From assembly GCA_050696355.1 (NCBI GenBank), contig JBOGVD010000002.1:1741-65740 (forward strand): 64,000 nt of DNA. Reading direction: 5' to 3'. Made by a program: the position numbers and the translations under genes. The notes beneath the pieces are model-generated. The model saw nothing but the letters and a program-made list of their open reading frames with translations, was not told the DNA's origin and did no database searches. The stretch is from Actinomycetota bacterium. GTDB taxonomy: Bacteria; Actinomycetota; UBA4738; HRBIN12. Shown here piece by piece: positions 35,555 to 44,762 of the stretch (within the stretch, counting starts at the first letter, position 1; the number at the start of each line of letters is the position of its first letter).

Positions 35555-36207
35555 GAACCGACGAGCGCCCCGTCCGCGAAGAGGGCGCCGGCGAGGAGCC
35601 AACCCGACCGAAGAGGAAGCGCCACCCGGCGCTCACGTTCCTGGGGGAGCTGCCGGGCCTGATCCTGATGGCGTTCGCGCTCGCCCTCCTCATCAAGAGC
35701 ACCCTGCTCCAGGCGTTCTGGATCCCGACCGGGTCGATGGAGCCCACGCTGGTCCCGGGCGACCGCGTGATCGTCGCGAAGGTCCCGTACTACTTCCACG
35801 ACCCGGAGCGGGGCGACATCATCGTGTTCGAAGAGCCCGATCCGGCGAAGGAGCCCGACCGTGGCGTCTGGGGCGCCATCACGCACTGGCTCGGGCAAGG
35901 ACTCGGGTTCACGCCTCCGGACCATCCCGACTACATCAAGCGCGTGATCGGCGAACCGGGAGACGTGGTCTCCGCGAGGGGTGGCCGCGTCTACGTGAAC
36001 GGGGTGCGGATCTCCGAGTCCTACCTGGAGCAGCGGACGGCGCGGTTCCCCGAGACGAAGGTCCCGGAGGGCAAGCTGTTCGTGATGGGTGACAACCGGT
36101 CCAACTCGCTGGACTCCCGATTCGGCCTCGGCTTCGTGCCGATCGACCGCGTGATCGGGAAAGCCGTGTGGATCATCTGGCCGGTCGAGAACCTCGGCGG
36201 GTTCTAG
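35551..36207 (+). CDS. lepB: Signal peptidase I
   Basis: GTG 35551 overlaps the modC stop (GTGA). It has a TM anchor, the catalytic Ser box IPTGSMEPTL, the Lys box YIKRVIG.PGD, and GDNR.NS.DSR. Confidence 0.9.
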   Translation: MRTDERPVREEGAGEEPTRPKRKRHPALTFLGELPGLILMAFALALLIKSTLLQAFWIPTGSMEPTLVPGDRVIVAKVPYYFHDPERGDIIVFEEPDPAKEPDRGVWGAITHWLGQGLGFTPPDHPDYIKRVIGEPGDVVSARGGRVYVNGVRISESYLEQRTARFPETKVPEGKLFVMGDNRSNSLDSRFGLGFVPIDRVIGKAVWIIWPVENLGGF

Positions 36208-36219
36208 CGCGATCCGCTC

Positions 36220-36615
36220 GTGCGCGAGATCCTGATCGCCGGCCTCGTCCTGATCGCCCTCTGGGTCCTCGCGGCGCTCATGCTCTTCCGGCTCGGGCGG
36301 AAGACCATCGCCCGGGAGCTGCTGTCGTTCCTTCCGAATCTCGCTCGCCTCTTCGGCAGCCTGCTCCGAGACGAACGGGTGCCTCGGTCCTCGAAGGCGC
36401 TGTTGTTGTTCGGGGCAGCCTGGCTCGCATCACCGATCGACCTGATCCCAGAGTTCCTGCCGGGCATCGGGGTCCTCGACGACGCCGTCGTCGCCGGGAT
36501 CGTGCTCCGGCAGCTGGTCAGGCGCGCCGGTCCCGACGTCGTCCGTGATCACTGGCGAGGCGATCCTCGCTCGCTCGCGTTGCTCCTCCGGGTCGCGGGC
36601 GCCCGGCAGGCCTAG
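36220..36615 (+). CDS. DUF1232 (YkvA-like) membrane protein
   Basis: 131 aa with the hallmark motif SPIDLIPEFLPGIGVLDDAVV. Confidence 0.85.
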   Translation: MREILIAGLVLIALWVLAALMLFRLGRKTIARELLSFLPNLARLFGSLLRDERVPRSSKALLLFGAAWLASPIDLIPEFLPGIGVLDDAVVAGIVLRQLVRRAGPDVVRDHWRGDPRSLALLLRVAGARQA

Positions 36616-37982
36616 CCGATCCCGCGCTCCTTCGCCCACGCTTCCAGCAGCGCGGAGGCCTCCTCCTCGGCGATCTCGCCGCGCTCCATCCGAACGTCCA
36701 TCAGGAACGCAAGCGCCTCTCCCACGATGGGTCCGGGCTCCAGGCCGAGCCGCTCCATCACCTGACGTCCGTCCAGCGTCGGACGGATCCTCTCGAGGTT
36801 CTCCTGCTCCGCGAGCCGCGTGATCCGCTCCTCCAGCTCGTCCTGGAGCCGAGCGAACCGCTCGGCGCGCTTCGGGTCGCGGGTGGTGCAGTCCGCTCGG
36901 GTGAGCTGGTTCAGGTCGTCGAGGAGCGGGCCGGCGTCGCGCACGAAGCGACGGACGGCGGCATCCGTCCAGCCGTCGCCGTACCCGTGGAACCGGAGGT
37001 GCAGCTCGACGAGCGTCCGGACCTCGTCCACGACACCGTTCGGGTACCGCAGCTCCCGGAGACGCTGCTCCGCCATCCGAGCACCGACCACCTCGTGATG
37101 ATGGAAGGAGACCCCGTCGGGCGTGATCGCTCGGGTGGAGGGCTTCCCGATGTCGTGCAGCAGACCCGCGAGCCGCAGGACCGGGCGGGGCTCCAACCGC
37201 TCCACGACCGCGAACGTGTGCCGGAGCACGTCCTTGTGGCGATGCACGGGGTCCTGCTCGAGCTGGAGCGCCGTGAGCTCCGGAAGGAACTCGTCCGCCA
37301 AGCCCGAGTCCACGATCAACGCCAGCCCGGCGCCCGGCGCCTCCCCGACGAGCAGCTTGTCGAGCTCGTCGCGGATGCGCTCTCCCGAGACGATGCGGAG
37401 GCGCTCCCGCATCCGAGTGATCGCCTCCACCACGCGCGGCGCCGGCGTCACGCCGAGCTGGGAGACGAAGCGCGCCGCCCGCAGCATCCGCAACGGATCG
37501 TCCGTGAACGCCACGTCGGGATCGAGGGGGGTGTCGAGCCGCTTCCCGGCGAGATCCTTGACGCCCTCGAACGGATCCACGAACTCCCCGTCGGGGAGCC
37601 GGATCGCCATCGCGTTGATCGTGAAGTCACGACGGGAGAGGTCCGTCCCGATGTCCTTGGCGAAGGTGACCGCGGGCCGGCGCTGGTCCTCGGGGTAGTG
37701 CTCTTCCCGGAACGTCGTGATCTCCAGCAGGCGACCGTGCCGCCGGGCCCCCACGGTTCCGAACCGAACGCCCACCAGGTACAGCGCCTCCGCCCAGCCC
37801 CGCAGGAGCCGGGAGGTCTCCGCCGGCGTGGCGTCGGTCGCGAAGTCCGTATCCGTCTCCGTCTCGAGGCGGCCCATCATGAGGTCGCGCACGACACCGC
37901 CCACGAGGTACAGCTCGTGCCCCGCAGCCTGGAAACGGTCGCCGAGCTCCTTCGCGAGCGGTTCGATCTCGAGGGTAGTCAC
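36612..37982 (-). CDS. cca: CCA tRNA nucleotidyltransferase (PolyA_pol head + HD domain)
   Basis: 456 aa. Motifs: LYLVGGVVRDLMMGR, TDTDFAT, RRDFTINAMA, HD region LLHDIGKP. Confidence 0.92.
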   Translation of the reverse strand: MTTLEIEPLAKELGDRFQAAGHELYLVGGVVRDLMMGRLETETDTDFATDATPAETSRLLRGWAEALYLVGVRFGTVGARRHGRLLEITTFREEHYPEDQRRPAVTFAKDIGTDLSRRDFTINAMAIRLPDGEFVDPFEGVKDLAGKRLDTPLDPDVAFTDDPLRMLRAARFVSQLGVTPAPRVVEAITRMRERLRIVSGERIRDELDKLLVGEAPGAGLALIVDSGLADEFLPELTALQLEQDPVHRHKDVLRHTFAVVERLEPRPVLRLAGLLHDIGKPSTRAITPDGVSFHHHEVVGARMAEQRLRELRYPNGVVDEVRTLVELHLRFHGYGDGWTDAAVRRFVRDAGPLLDDLNQLTRADCTTRDPKRAERFARLQDELEERITRLAEQENLERIRPTLDGRQVMERLGLEPGPIVGEALAFLMDVRMERGEIAEEEASALLEAWAKERGIG

Positions 37983-38037
37983 GAGGTTCCAACCTTACCC
38001 CCGGCACCTGCGCCGACCGTCGCGGTACGGTGCAGCC

Positions 38038-38403
38038 GTGGCCATGTGGCTCGGGTTCGTATGGACGTTGCCGAACACGCTGATCGGCTTGGTGCTGGGC
38101 GCCCTGACGTTCCAGCGCCCGCGCGTGCGTCACGGTCTGGTCGTCTTCGATCGCGTCCCGCGGGGGCTCACGTCCATGATGCCGCGACTCGGCCGGTCGG
38201 CGATGACCGTCGGGTTCGTGGTCCTCTCGGCGACGCCCCTGGAGGGTCGACTGCTCGCCCACGAACGCCATCACGTCCGCCAGTACATGGCGTGGGGGCC
38301 CCTGTTCATCCCGGCGTACCTCGCCCTCGCGATCCCCTACGGCTACCGGCGTCATCCGATGGAGCGAGCGGCGGTGCGCGCGGCGGAGCGAGCGGCCGGC
38401 TAG
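38038..38403 (+). CDS. Small membrane protein with HExxH motif
   Basis: Start is GTG 38038 (alternative ATG 38044). 121 aa with 2-3 hydrophobic helices. It carries HERHH (HExxH) followed by VRQYMAWGPLF. The stop overlaps the convergent pilT stop (CTAG). Confidence 0.55.
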   Translation: MAMWLGFVWTLPNTLIGLVLGALTFQRPRVRHGLVVFDRVPRGLTSMMPRLGRSAMTVGFVVLSATPLEGRLLAHERHHVRQYMAWGPLFIPAYLALAIPYGYRRHPMERAAVRAAERAAG

Positions 38404-39518
38404 TACGGCAGGCCGTCGCCGACCGCGGCCGCTTCGTCGAAGGACGCGCGGCGTTCGAGGGTGCCGAGCAGGGCGAGGTCGAAGTCGTGCGGGTTGGTCG
38501 CCGTCCGGCGCGCCTCGTGCGGAGAGACGAGGCCCTCCTTCACGAGCTTCACGAGGGCCTGGTCGAAGGTCTGCATCCCGTAGAACTCGCCGCCGGCGAT
38601 CACCTCGAGGATGCCCGACGTCTGCTCGGGGTCCACGATCCGGTCGAACACCCGTCCGGTGTTCACGAGGACCTCCACCACCGGAACCCGGCCCTTGCCG
38701 TCAACCCGGTTCACGAGGCGCTGCGAGACGATCCCACGGAGCGCGCCGGCGAACGACGAGCGGATCTCGCGCTGCTGCTCGGGAGGGAACAGGTCGAGCA
38801 CGCGGTTGATGGTCTCCACCGCGTCGATCGTGTGCAGGGTCGAGATCACGAGGTGCCCGGTCTCGGCCGCCTGGATCGCGGCGAGCGCGGAATCCGAGTC
38901 GCGGATCTCGCCGATGAAGATCACGTCGGGGTCCTGGCGGATCACGTGGCGGAGCGCAGCCGTGTACGACTCGGTGTCGATGCCGATCTCGCGCTGTTGC
39001 ACGATCGAGAGGTGGTCGTCATGCACTACCTCGATGGGGTCTTCGACCGTCACGATGTGCGTGCGCCGTGTGCGATTGATGTGGCCGATCATGGCCGCGA
39101 TCGTCGTGGTCTTCCCCGTCCCGGTCGGGCCGGTGATCAGGATGAGCCCGCGCGGCGAGCTCGACAGCGTCGTCATCACCGGTGGGAGCCGCAGCTCCTC
39201 GAAGGACGGCACCTCGGCACGGACGCGACGGATCGCCAGCCCGATCACCCCGCGCTGACGGAAGACGTTCACCCGGAACCGGCCGACGCCGGAGAGGGTG
39301 TAGCCCAGGTCGGCCTCGTTCGTCTGCTCGAACTCGCGCCGCTTGTGCTCGCTCATGAGCGTCTCGGCGAAGCGATCCGTGTCGGCAGCGGAAAGGTAGC
39401 CCAGCTCGGCCGGGGACAGCTCGCCGTCCACGCGCACGAAGGGCACGTTCCCCGCCTTCAGGTGGAGATCGCTCGCCCCTCGTTCGACCGTGTAGCGCAG
39501 CAGTTCGTCGATGTCCAT
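38400..39518 (-). CDS. pilT: Type IV pilus retraction ATPase PilT family
   Basis: 372 aa. Walker A GPTGTGKTTT. Asp box/Walker B DPDVIFIGEIRD. His box GHLVISTLHT. The PilT-type N-terminus ASDLHL..G..P..R..G is present. Confidence 0.92.
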   Translation of the reverse strand: MDIDELLRYTVERGASDLHLKAGNVPFVRVDGELSPAELGYLSAADTDRFAETLMSEHKRREFEQTNEADLGYTLSGVGRFRVNVFRQRGVIGLAIRRVRAEVPSFEELRLPPVMTTLSSSPRGLILITGPTGTGKTTTIAAMIGHINRTRRTHIVTVEDPIEVVHDDHLSIVQQREIGIDTESYTAALRHVIRQDPDVIFIGEIRDSDSALAAIQAAETGHLVISTLHTIDAVETINRVLDLFPPEQQREIRSSFAGALRGIVSQRLVNRVDGKGRVPVVEVLVNTGRVFDRIVDPEQTSGILEVIAGGEFYGMQTFDQALVKLVKEGLVSPHEARRTATNPHDFDLALLGTLERRASFDEAAAVGDGLPY

Positions 39519-39628
39519 GCCGAGACCGAGGTCCCCTTTCCGTCTTCGTCACGCCCACTCGGGCCGCACGGTCATCCATCGGCGCGGGAGTCCGGAGACC
39601 TGAGGATCCGAACCTAGAATCAGCACGG

Positions 39629-40303
39629 ATGGGCGAAGCGGACGGAGCACCGAAGGGCGACGGCGACGGGTCGGTGCCCGGCGGACGGAAGCGCCGCCGG
39701 CGTCGGCGCCCCAAGCGAGGATCCGCGCAGGCTTCCCGAGCGATGCCGAACCCCCCCTCGACGAAGGAGGCGGTGAAGGGGGGCGCCGGCGCCCGGACCG
39801 CGAAGAAGCGAGGCTCGGTCGCGAAGCGTCGCGCGTCGAAGAAGAAGACCACGAAGAGCCGGACCCGGGCGGCCGCCGCCGCCACGAAACGCGAGATCTC
39901 GTCCGGCGGTGTCGTCTATCGCCGAGCTGGCGGCGGGATCGAGGTCGTGCTGGCGTCGCGTCGCACGCGTCGCGGGGAGCTCGCCTGGGGCCTGGCCAAA
40001 GGCGGCGTGGAGCAGGACGAGTCGCTGGAGGACGCCGCCGTCCGGGAGGTCCGGGAGGAGACCGGGCTGCTCGCCGAGATCGAAGCGTCCCTCGGGGAGA
40101 CCCGGTACTTCTACGTGTGGGAGGACGTCCGGATCCGCAAGACCGTCCACTTCTTCCTGATGCGCCACCTGGGCGGCGACATCGACGATCGGGACGACGA
40201 GATGGAAGAGATCCGTTGGTTCCCGCTCGAGCGTGCCCTCAAGCGCGCCGCCTACCGCGGTGAGCGCGACGTCCTCGGCCGCGCCGCCGAGTTGCTCCAG
40301 TGA
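39629..40303 (+). CDS. NUDIX hydrolase with ~90-aa Lys/Arg-rich N-terminal extension
   Basis: 224 aa. Nudix box GGVEQDESLEDAAVREVREETGL. It occupies the position of mutT4 in mycobacterial synteny. Confidence 0.88.
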   Translation: MGEADGAPKGDGDGSVPGGRKRRRRRRPKRGSAQASRAMPNPPSTKEAVKGGAGARTAKKRGSVAKRRASKKKTTKSRTRAAAAATKREISSGGVVYRRAGGGIEVVLASRRTRRGELAWGLAKGGVEQDESLEDAAVREVREETGLLAEIEASLGETRYFYVWEDVRIRKTVHFFLMRHLGGDIDDRDDEMEEIRWFPLERALKRAAYRGERDVLGRAAELLQ

Positions 40304-41064
40304 GCCCGGCTGAGGTCGGGATCGGCGTCGCGATCGGTCTCGTCGCCGGCGTCCTGTCGGGCCTGTTCGGCGTGGGCGGCGGCATCCTGATGACGCCCGG
40401 CATCCAGGTGCTGCTCGGCGCGCCTCCGATCGTGGCGCTCGCCACCCCCTTGCCGGTGATCTTCCCCACCGCGCTCGCCGGGGCGCTCGCGTACCGGCGC
40501 GGCGGCGAGCTCGACGCTCGCGCGGCGGTGTGGCTCGTGGGACCCGGCCTCGCGGGCGCGGCGCTCGGCGCCTGGCTCACGGAGCTCGTCGACACCAGGC
40601 TCTTGCTGCTCGTCACCGCCGTCCTGCTCGGCTCCCAGTCGGTCGCGATCCTCTTGGAGCGACACCGACATCGGACGGCTCGGCCGACGACGGGTCCGAT
40701 CCTCGGAGGGATCGGGGCCGTCGCGGGCTTCGTCTCCGGCCTCCTCGGGATCGGCGGCGGCCTCGTGATGGTCCCGCTGCTCGCCGGCTGGCTCGGGATG
40801 CCGCTGAAGCGTGCCTTGGGGACCTCCCTGTTGGCGATCATCGCGCTCGTGGTTCCGGGAACCATCGTGCACGCGGCGCTCGGCCACATCGATCTCGGGA
40901 TCTGCCTGGCCGTCATGGTCGGAGCGGTGCCGGGGGCGCGTCTCGGCGCCGCCCTCGCCCTCCGAGCCAAGGACCGGACGCTCCGACTCGTCGTCGGCGG
41001 GGGGCTCCTCGTCATCTCGATCGCCTATGCGCTCGAACAGGTGACCACCATGCTGGCCGGCTGA
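40300..41064 (+). CDS. TauE/SafE (DUF81) family anion exporter
   Basis: 254 aa. It has 7-8 TM helices and two GxGGG repeats (LFGVGGGILM and LLGIGGGLVM). It overlaps the NUDIX gene by 4 nt. Confidence 0.9.
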   Translation: MSPAEVGIGVAIGLVAGVLSGLFGVGGGILMTPGIQVLLGAPPIVALATPLPVIFPTALAGALAYRRGGELDARAAVWLVGPGLAGAALGAWLTELVDTRLLLLVTAVLLGSQSVAILLERHRHRTARPTTGPILGGIGAVAGFVSGLLGIGGGLVMVPLLAGWLGMPLKRALGTSLLAIIALVVPGTIVHAALGHIDLGICLAVMVGAVPGARLGAALALRAKDRTLRLVVGGGLLVISIAYALEQVTTMLAG

Positions 41065-41079
41065 GCGCGGGGGCTACGA

Positions 41080-43128
41080 TTGGCGATCGGCATGCGCAGC
41101 TCCCGCGGACCACGCCTCGTCCTGAGCCTCCTCGCGATCGCCTGTATCGCGTCGCCCGCCCGCGCCCAGGTGGAGGAGTCGCCGACGGCGACGATCCGCC
41201 TGATCGCCCAGACCCCCTGGACGACGCCCGAGGATCCCCTGGTCCGGATCACCGTGCGCATCGACAACGAGGGTGCGGGGACGATCGCGAACCCGGTGGT
41301 CGGGTGGCGGCTCGGCCCGAGGGTGACGTCACGCGAACGGTACGAAACCGCCCTCGAGGAGGGTCCTGCCTTCGCCGCCGTTGCCGACACGGTCTTCCGC
41401 GGTTCGGGACTGGCGCCGGGCGACGCGATCGAGGTCCCGATCACGATCGACACCGCCGAGACCCAGGCGATCGAAGACGACTCCGCCGTCTATCCGCTGC
41501 AGATCGAGCTCCGGAGCGATGACGAGCTCGTCGCCTCGATGACGACCGCGGTGATCCACATCTTCCAGGACCCGCCCTTGGCGCCGGTCCACTTCTCGTG
41601 GTGGACGGAGGTCGCCTCGCCGGTGGCGTTCGGACCCGACGGCACGCTGATCGATCCCGGCTTCGAGGCCGCCCTGGGATCGGGCGGTGGGATCGTGGCC
41701 CAGGTGGAAGCGATCGCCCACCTGCTCACGGCGCCCGACCAGGAGGCGGCCGTCGATCTGATCGTCGCGCCGATCGCCCTCGACCAGCTCCGGCGGGCGA
41801 GCGACGGCTACGAACGGAGGGACGGGAGCACCGCGAAGGCAGGCGATCCCGCGCCCGTCGCCGCCGCGGAGACGCTGGATCGGCTCCGGGAGATCGCCCG
41901 CTCCCCGCAGGCGCGGCTCCACGCGATGCCGTTCGCGGCGCCCCGACTTCCCGCCTTGCTGTCCTCGGGACTCGGGACGCACCTCGAGGCCCAGTGGCGG
42001 CTGGGCGACGAGACGTTCGAAGAGCTCGTGGGCGAGCGGCCCGATCCAGCGGTCGCGCGCCCGCCCGGACTCGTCTTCGATCAGGCATCCGTGGACGCGC
42101 TGGCCGCGCGCGGAGCGACCACGATCCTCGGCGCCCCGGACTCCGTCCAGCGGCCCCCGCAGGACAACGCCTTCGCTCCGCCGCCGGCGGCGATGCTGTC
42201 CACGACGCCCGGGGGGGAGGTCGCGCTGCTCCTCCCCGACCCCGGCGCGCAGGCGCTGCTGAGCGACCCCGCCCTCCGGGAGGATCCGGTCCTCGCGTCG
42301 CAAGTCCTCCTCGGCGAGCTCGCCACGATCTGGAAGGAGGAGCCCGTGCCGGTGCCACCCGTGGAACGTGGCCTGGCGCTGGACCTGTCCTTCGACCTGC
42401 CGGCCGCCTTCTGGCGCTCCGCCCTGCGACGGCTCACCGAGGCGCCCTTCCTCCAGCCGGAGCACGCGGAGGATCTCCCCGGCGAGATCAACCCCGGACC
42501 CCAGCCCGCCGCCCTCGATCCCTCGACTCCCGACGGCTTCTCGTCCCTCTACGTGCAGGAGCTCTCGTCGACCGCGCGCCGGCTGAGCACGTTCGGAGCC
42601 GTCGTCGAGGAGCCGGCCGGGGAGGTCGACCGGCTCCGCCGGGCGGTGCGCTACGCGGAGGCCTCGCAGTACGTCGGCAACGAATCCTCCGGTCTGGCGT
42701 GGCTCGACACCGTGAACGGCGTCATCGATCGGACGTTCTCGCTCCTGGTCCCGGACACGTCGCGCGTGCTCCGGTTCACCTCGCGCTCGGGCGACATCCA
42801 CCTACGGATGGATGATCCGGGCGATCGCGTCCTCAACTTCCGCGTCGAGCTCGCGTCCGGCCGCGTCGACTTCCTGAACGGCGCTGAACAGGTCGTTCGG
42901 CTGGACGAAGCGAACGAGGTGATCACGTTCCAGGCCGAGGTGAAGGCAGCCGGTCGGAGCCGCATCGACGTGCTCGTTTCCTCACCCGACGGCGTGATCC
43001 TCGCGCGCGAGGTGTTGGTCGTGAGCTCCACCGCGATCAATCCGATCGCCCTCGTGATCACGCTCGCGGCCGGCGTGGTGCTGATCGGCCTCTGGTCGAG
43101 GCGCTTGTTCCGCCGGCGGAACCTGTGA
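41080..43128 (+). CDS. Large secreted, C-terminally membrane-anchored conserved actinobacterial protein (Rv3909/DUF6049-like by position)
   Basis: 682 aa (TTG 41080; alternative ATG 41092). It has a signal peptide (...SPARA/QV) and a C-terminal TM helix followed by RRLFRRRN. It sits immediately upstream of murJ and overlaps it by 4 nt. The family name is from memory of the synteny, not a search. Confidence 0.8.
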   Translation: MAIGMRSSRGPRLVLSLLAIACIASPARAQVEESPTATIRLIAQTPWTTPEDPLVRITVRIDNEGAGTIANPVVGWRLGPRVTSRERYETALEEGPAFAAVADTVFRGSGLAPGDAIEVPITIDTAETQAIEDDSAVYPLQIELRSDDELVASMTTAVIHIFQDPPLAPVHFSWWTEVASPVAFGPDGTLIDPGFEAALGSGGGIVAQVEAIAHLLTAPDQEAAVDLIVAPIALDQLRRASDGYERRDGSTAKAGDPAPVAAAETLDRLREIARSPQARLHAMPFAAPRLPALLSSGLGTHLEAQWRLGDETFEELVGERPDPAVARPPGLVFDQASVDALAARGATTILGAPDSVQRPPQDNAFAPPPAAMLSTTPGGEVALLLPDPGAQALLSDPALREDPVLASQVLLGELATIWKEEPVPVPPVERGLALDLSFDLPAAFWRSALRRLTEAPFLQPEHAEDLPGEINPGPQPAALDPSTPDGFSSLYVQELSSTARRLSTFGAVVEEPAGEVDRLRRAVRYAEASQYVGNESSGLAWLDTVNGVIDRTFSLLVPDTSRVLRFTSRSGDIHLRMDDPGDRVLNFRVELASGRVDFLNGAEQVVRLDEANEVITFQAEVKAAGRSRIDVLVSSPDGVILAREVLVVSSTAINPIALVITLAAGVVLIGLWSRRLFRRRNL

Positions 43129-44762
43129 GCTCGGACGGGCGCTCCGCGCCGGACACGCGCGGATCCCTCATGCGGCACGCCGCCGTCATGACGGTGGGAA
43201 CCGCGCTCTCGAGGCTCACCGGCTTCCTCCGTCTCACCGCGATGACGGCGACCCTCGGTGTCACCGTGAGCTCGCTCGGCTCGATCTACACCGTCGCCAA
43301 CCTCACGCCGAACATCGTCTACGAGCTGATCCTCGGAGGGATCCTCACGTCGGTCTTCGTCCCGGTCTTCGTGGAGCGCCTCGAGACGCACGGAGCCGCC
43401 GACGCCCGCGACGTGGCCAACCGCATCATCACGCTCGTTCTCGTGATCTTGGTGATCGTGGCCGCGCTGGGAGCGCTGTTCGCCGAACAGATCATCCGCC
43501 TGTACCTCGTCTCCTCGGACGACGTCGATCGCGACGCGCAGATCCAGCTCGGCGTCTTCTTCCTCCGTTGGTTCATGCCGCAGGTCGTCTTCTACGGGGT
43601 CGGGGCGGTCGCGACCGGGCTCCTGCAGGCGCACCGACGCTTCGCGGCGCCGATGTTCGCGCCCGTGCTGAACAACCTGGTGGTGATCGGGACCTTCATC
43701 GCCTACGCGATCGTCCGCGGGAGCCGGTCGCCGACGGTGGAAGGGATCACCGATGCCGAGCGCACCATCCTCGCGATCGGTACGACCCTCGGCGTGGTCA
43801 CGATGACCGTGGCGCTCTGGCCGTCGCTCCGGTCGATCGGCTACCGGATCTGGCTCCGCACCGGGTGGCGCCACGAGGCGGTCCGGCAGCTCGTTCGGCT
43901 CGCGGCCTGGGTGGCGGTCTACGTCGCGGCGAACCAGCTCTCATACATCGTCGTGATCGTGCTGAACAACCGCTTCGACGCCGGCCCGCAAATCTACACG
44001 ACCGCGTTCATCGTGTTCCAGCTGCCGCACGCGATCTTCGCGGTCTCGATCTTCACGGCCCTCCTGCCCGGCATGAGCGAACGATGGGCCACCGGCCGAC
44101 CGGAGGGAGTACGGGAGCTCGTGTCCCGAGGGCTGCGCGACACCGCCGTCGTGACGATCCCGGCAGCCCTCGGTCTCTTCGCGTTGGCGGAGCCGGTGGC
44201 CCGGGTCCTCTTCGAGCACGGCGCCGCCGTCGACGCGGACGCCGTCGCGATCGGCCGGACCCTGCAGGGCTTCGCCGCCGGGCTCCTGTTCTTCTCGTCC
44301 TTCCAGCTCCTCACCCGGACGTTCTACGCGATGCAGGACACGCGAACCCCGGCCCTCGTGAACGTGCTGATCGGGTGCGTGAACGTCGGGGCGGCCGTGC
44401 TCTACACCGTCCCCATGGGGCTGGGGCTCCGCGGGATGGCCTTCGCCCACGCGACGTCCTATCTGGTGGGTGCCACCGTGCTGCTGATCCTGCTCCGTCG
44501 CCGGCTCGGTCCGATCGACGGCGCGCGGATCGCCATGACGATCGGGCGTACGACCCTCGCGGCCATCGCCTCCGCGGCAGCGGCTCTCGGCGTGATCGCG
44601 CTCTTGGGGCCGCCCGAGGAGGAAGGGGTGCTCCAGCAGGTCGCCGTCGTCGGAAGCGCGGTCGCGGCGGGGATGCTGGTGTTCGTGATCTCTGCGCTTA
44701 TCCTGCGGGTCGGAGAGGTCGATGATCTGAGGAAGGCGCTCGTCAGGAGGATCCGCGGGTGA
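43125..44762 (+). CDS. murJ: Lipid II flippase MurJ (MviN)
   Basis: 545 aa with 14 TM-like segments. The sequence GTALSRLTGFLR......G......Y..AN..PN..YEL...G.L.S.FVP is the canonical MurJ N-terminus. Confidence 0.93.
   Translation: MSSDGRSAPDTRGSLMRHAAVMTVGTALSRLTGFLRLTAMTATLGVTVSSLGSIYTVANLTPNIVYELILGGILTSVFVPVFVERLETHGAADARDVANRIITLVLVILVIVAALGALFAEQIIRLYLVSSDDVDRDAQIQLGVFFLRWFMPQVVFYGVGAVATGLLQAHRRFAAPMFAPVLNNLVVIGTFIAYAIVRGSRSPTVEGITDAERTILAIGTTLGVVTMTVALWPSLRSIGYRIWLRTGWRHEAVRQLVRLAAWVAVYVAANQLSYIVVIVLNNRFDAGPQIYTTAFIVFQLPHAIFAVSIFTALLPGMSERWATGRPEGVRELVSRGLRDTAVVTIPAALGLFALAEPVARVLFEHGAAVDADAVAIGRTLQGFAAGLLFFSSFQLLTRTFYAMQDTRTPALVNVLIGCVNVGAAVLYTVPMGLGLRGMAFAHATSYLVGATVLLILLRRRLGPIDGARIAMTIGRTTLAAIASAAAALGVIALLGPPEEEGVLQQVAVVGSAVAAGMLVFVISALILRVGEVDDLRKALVRRIRG

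Noticed and set aside
36987-39617. 876-aa plus-strand ORF
   Set aside because: It is antisense to cca and pilT, whose motifs are canonical, and its sequence is low complexity.
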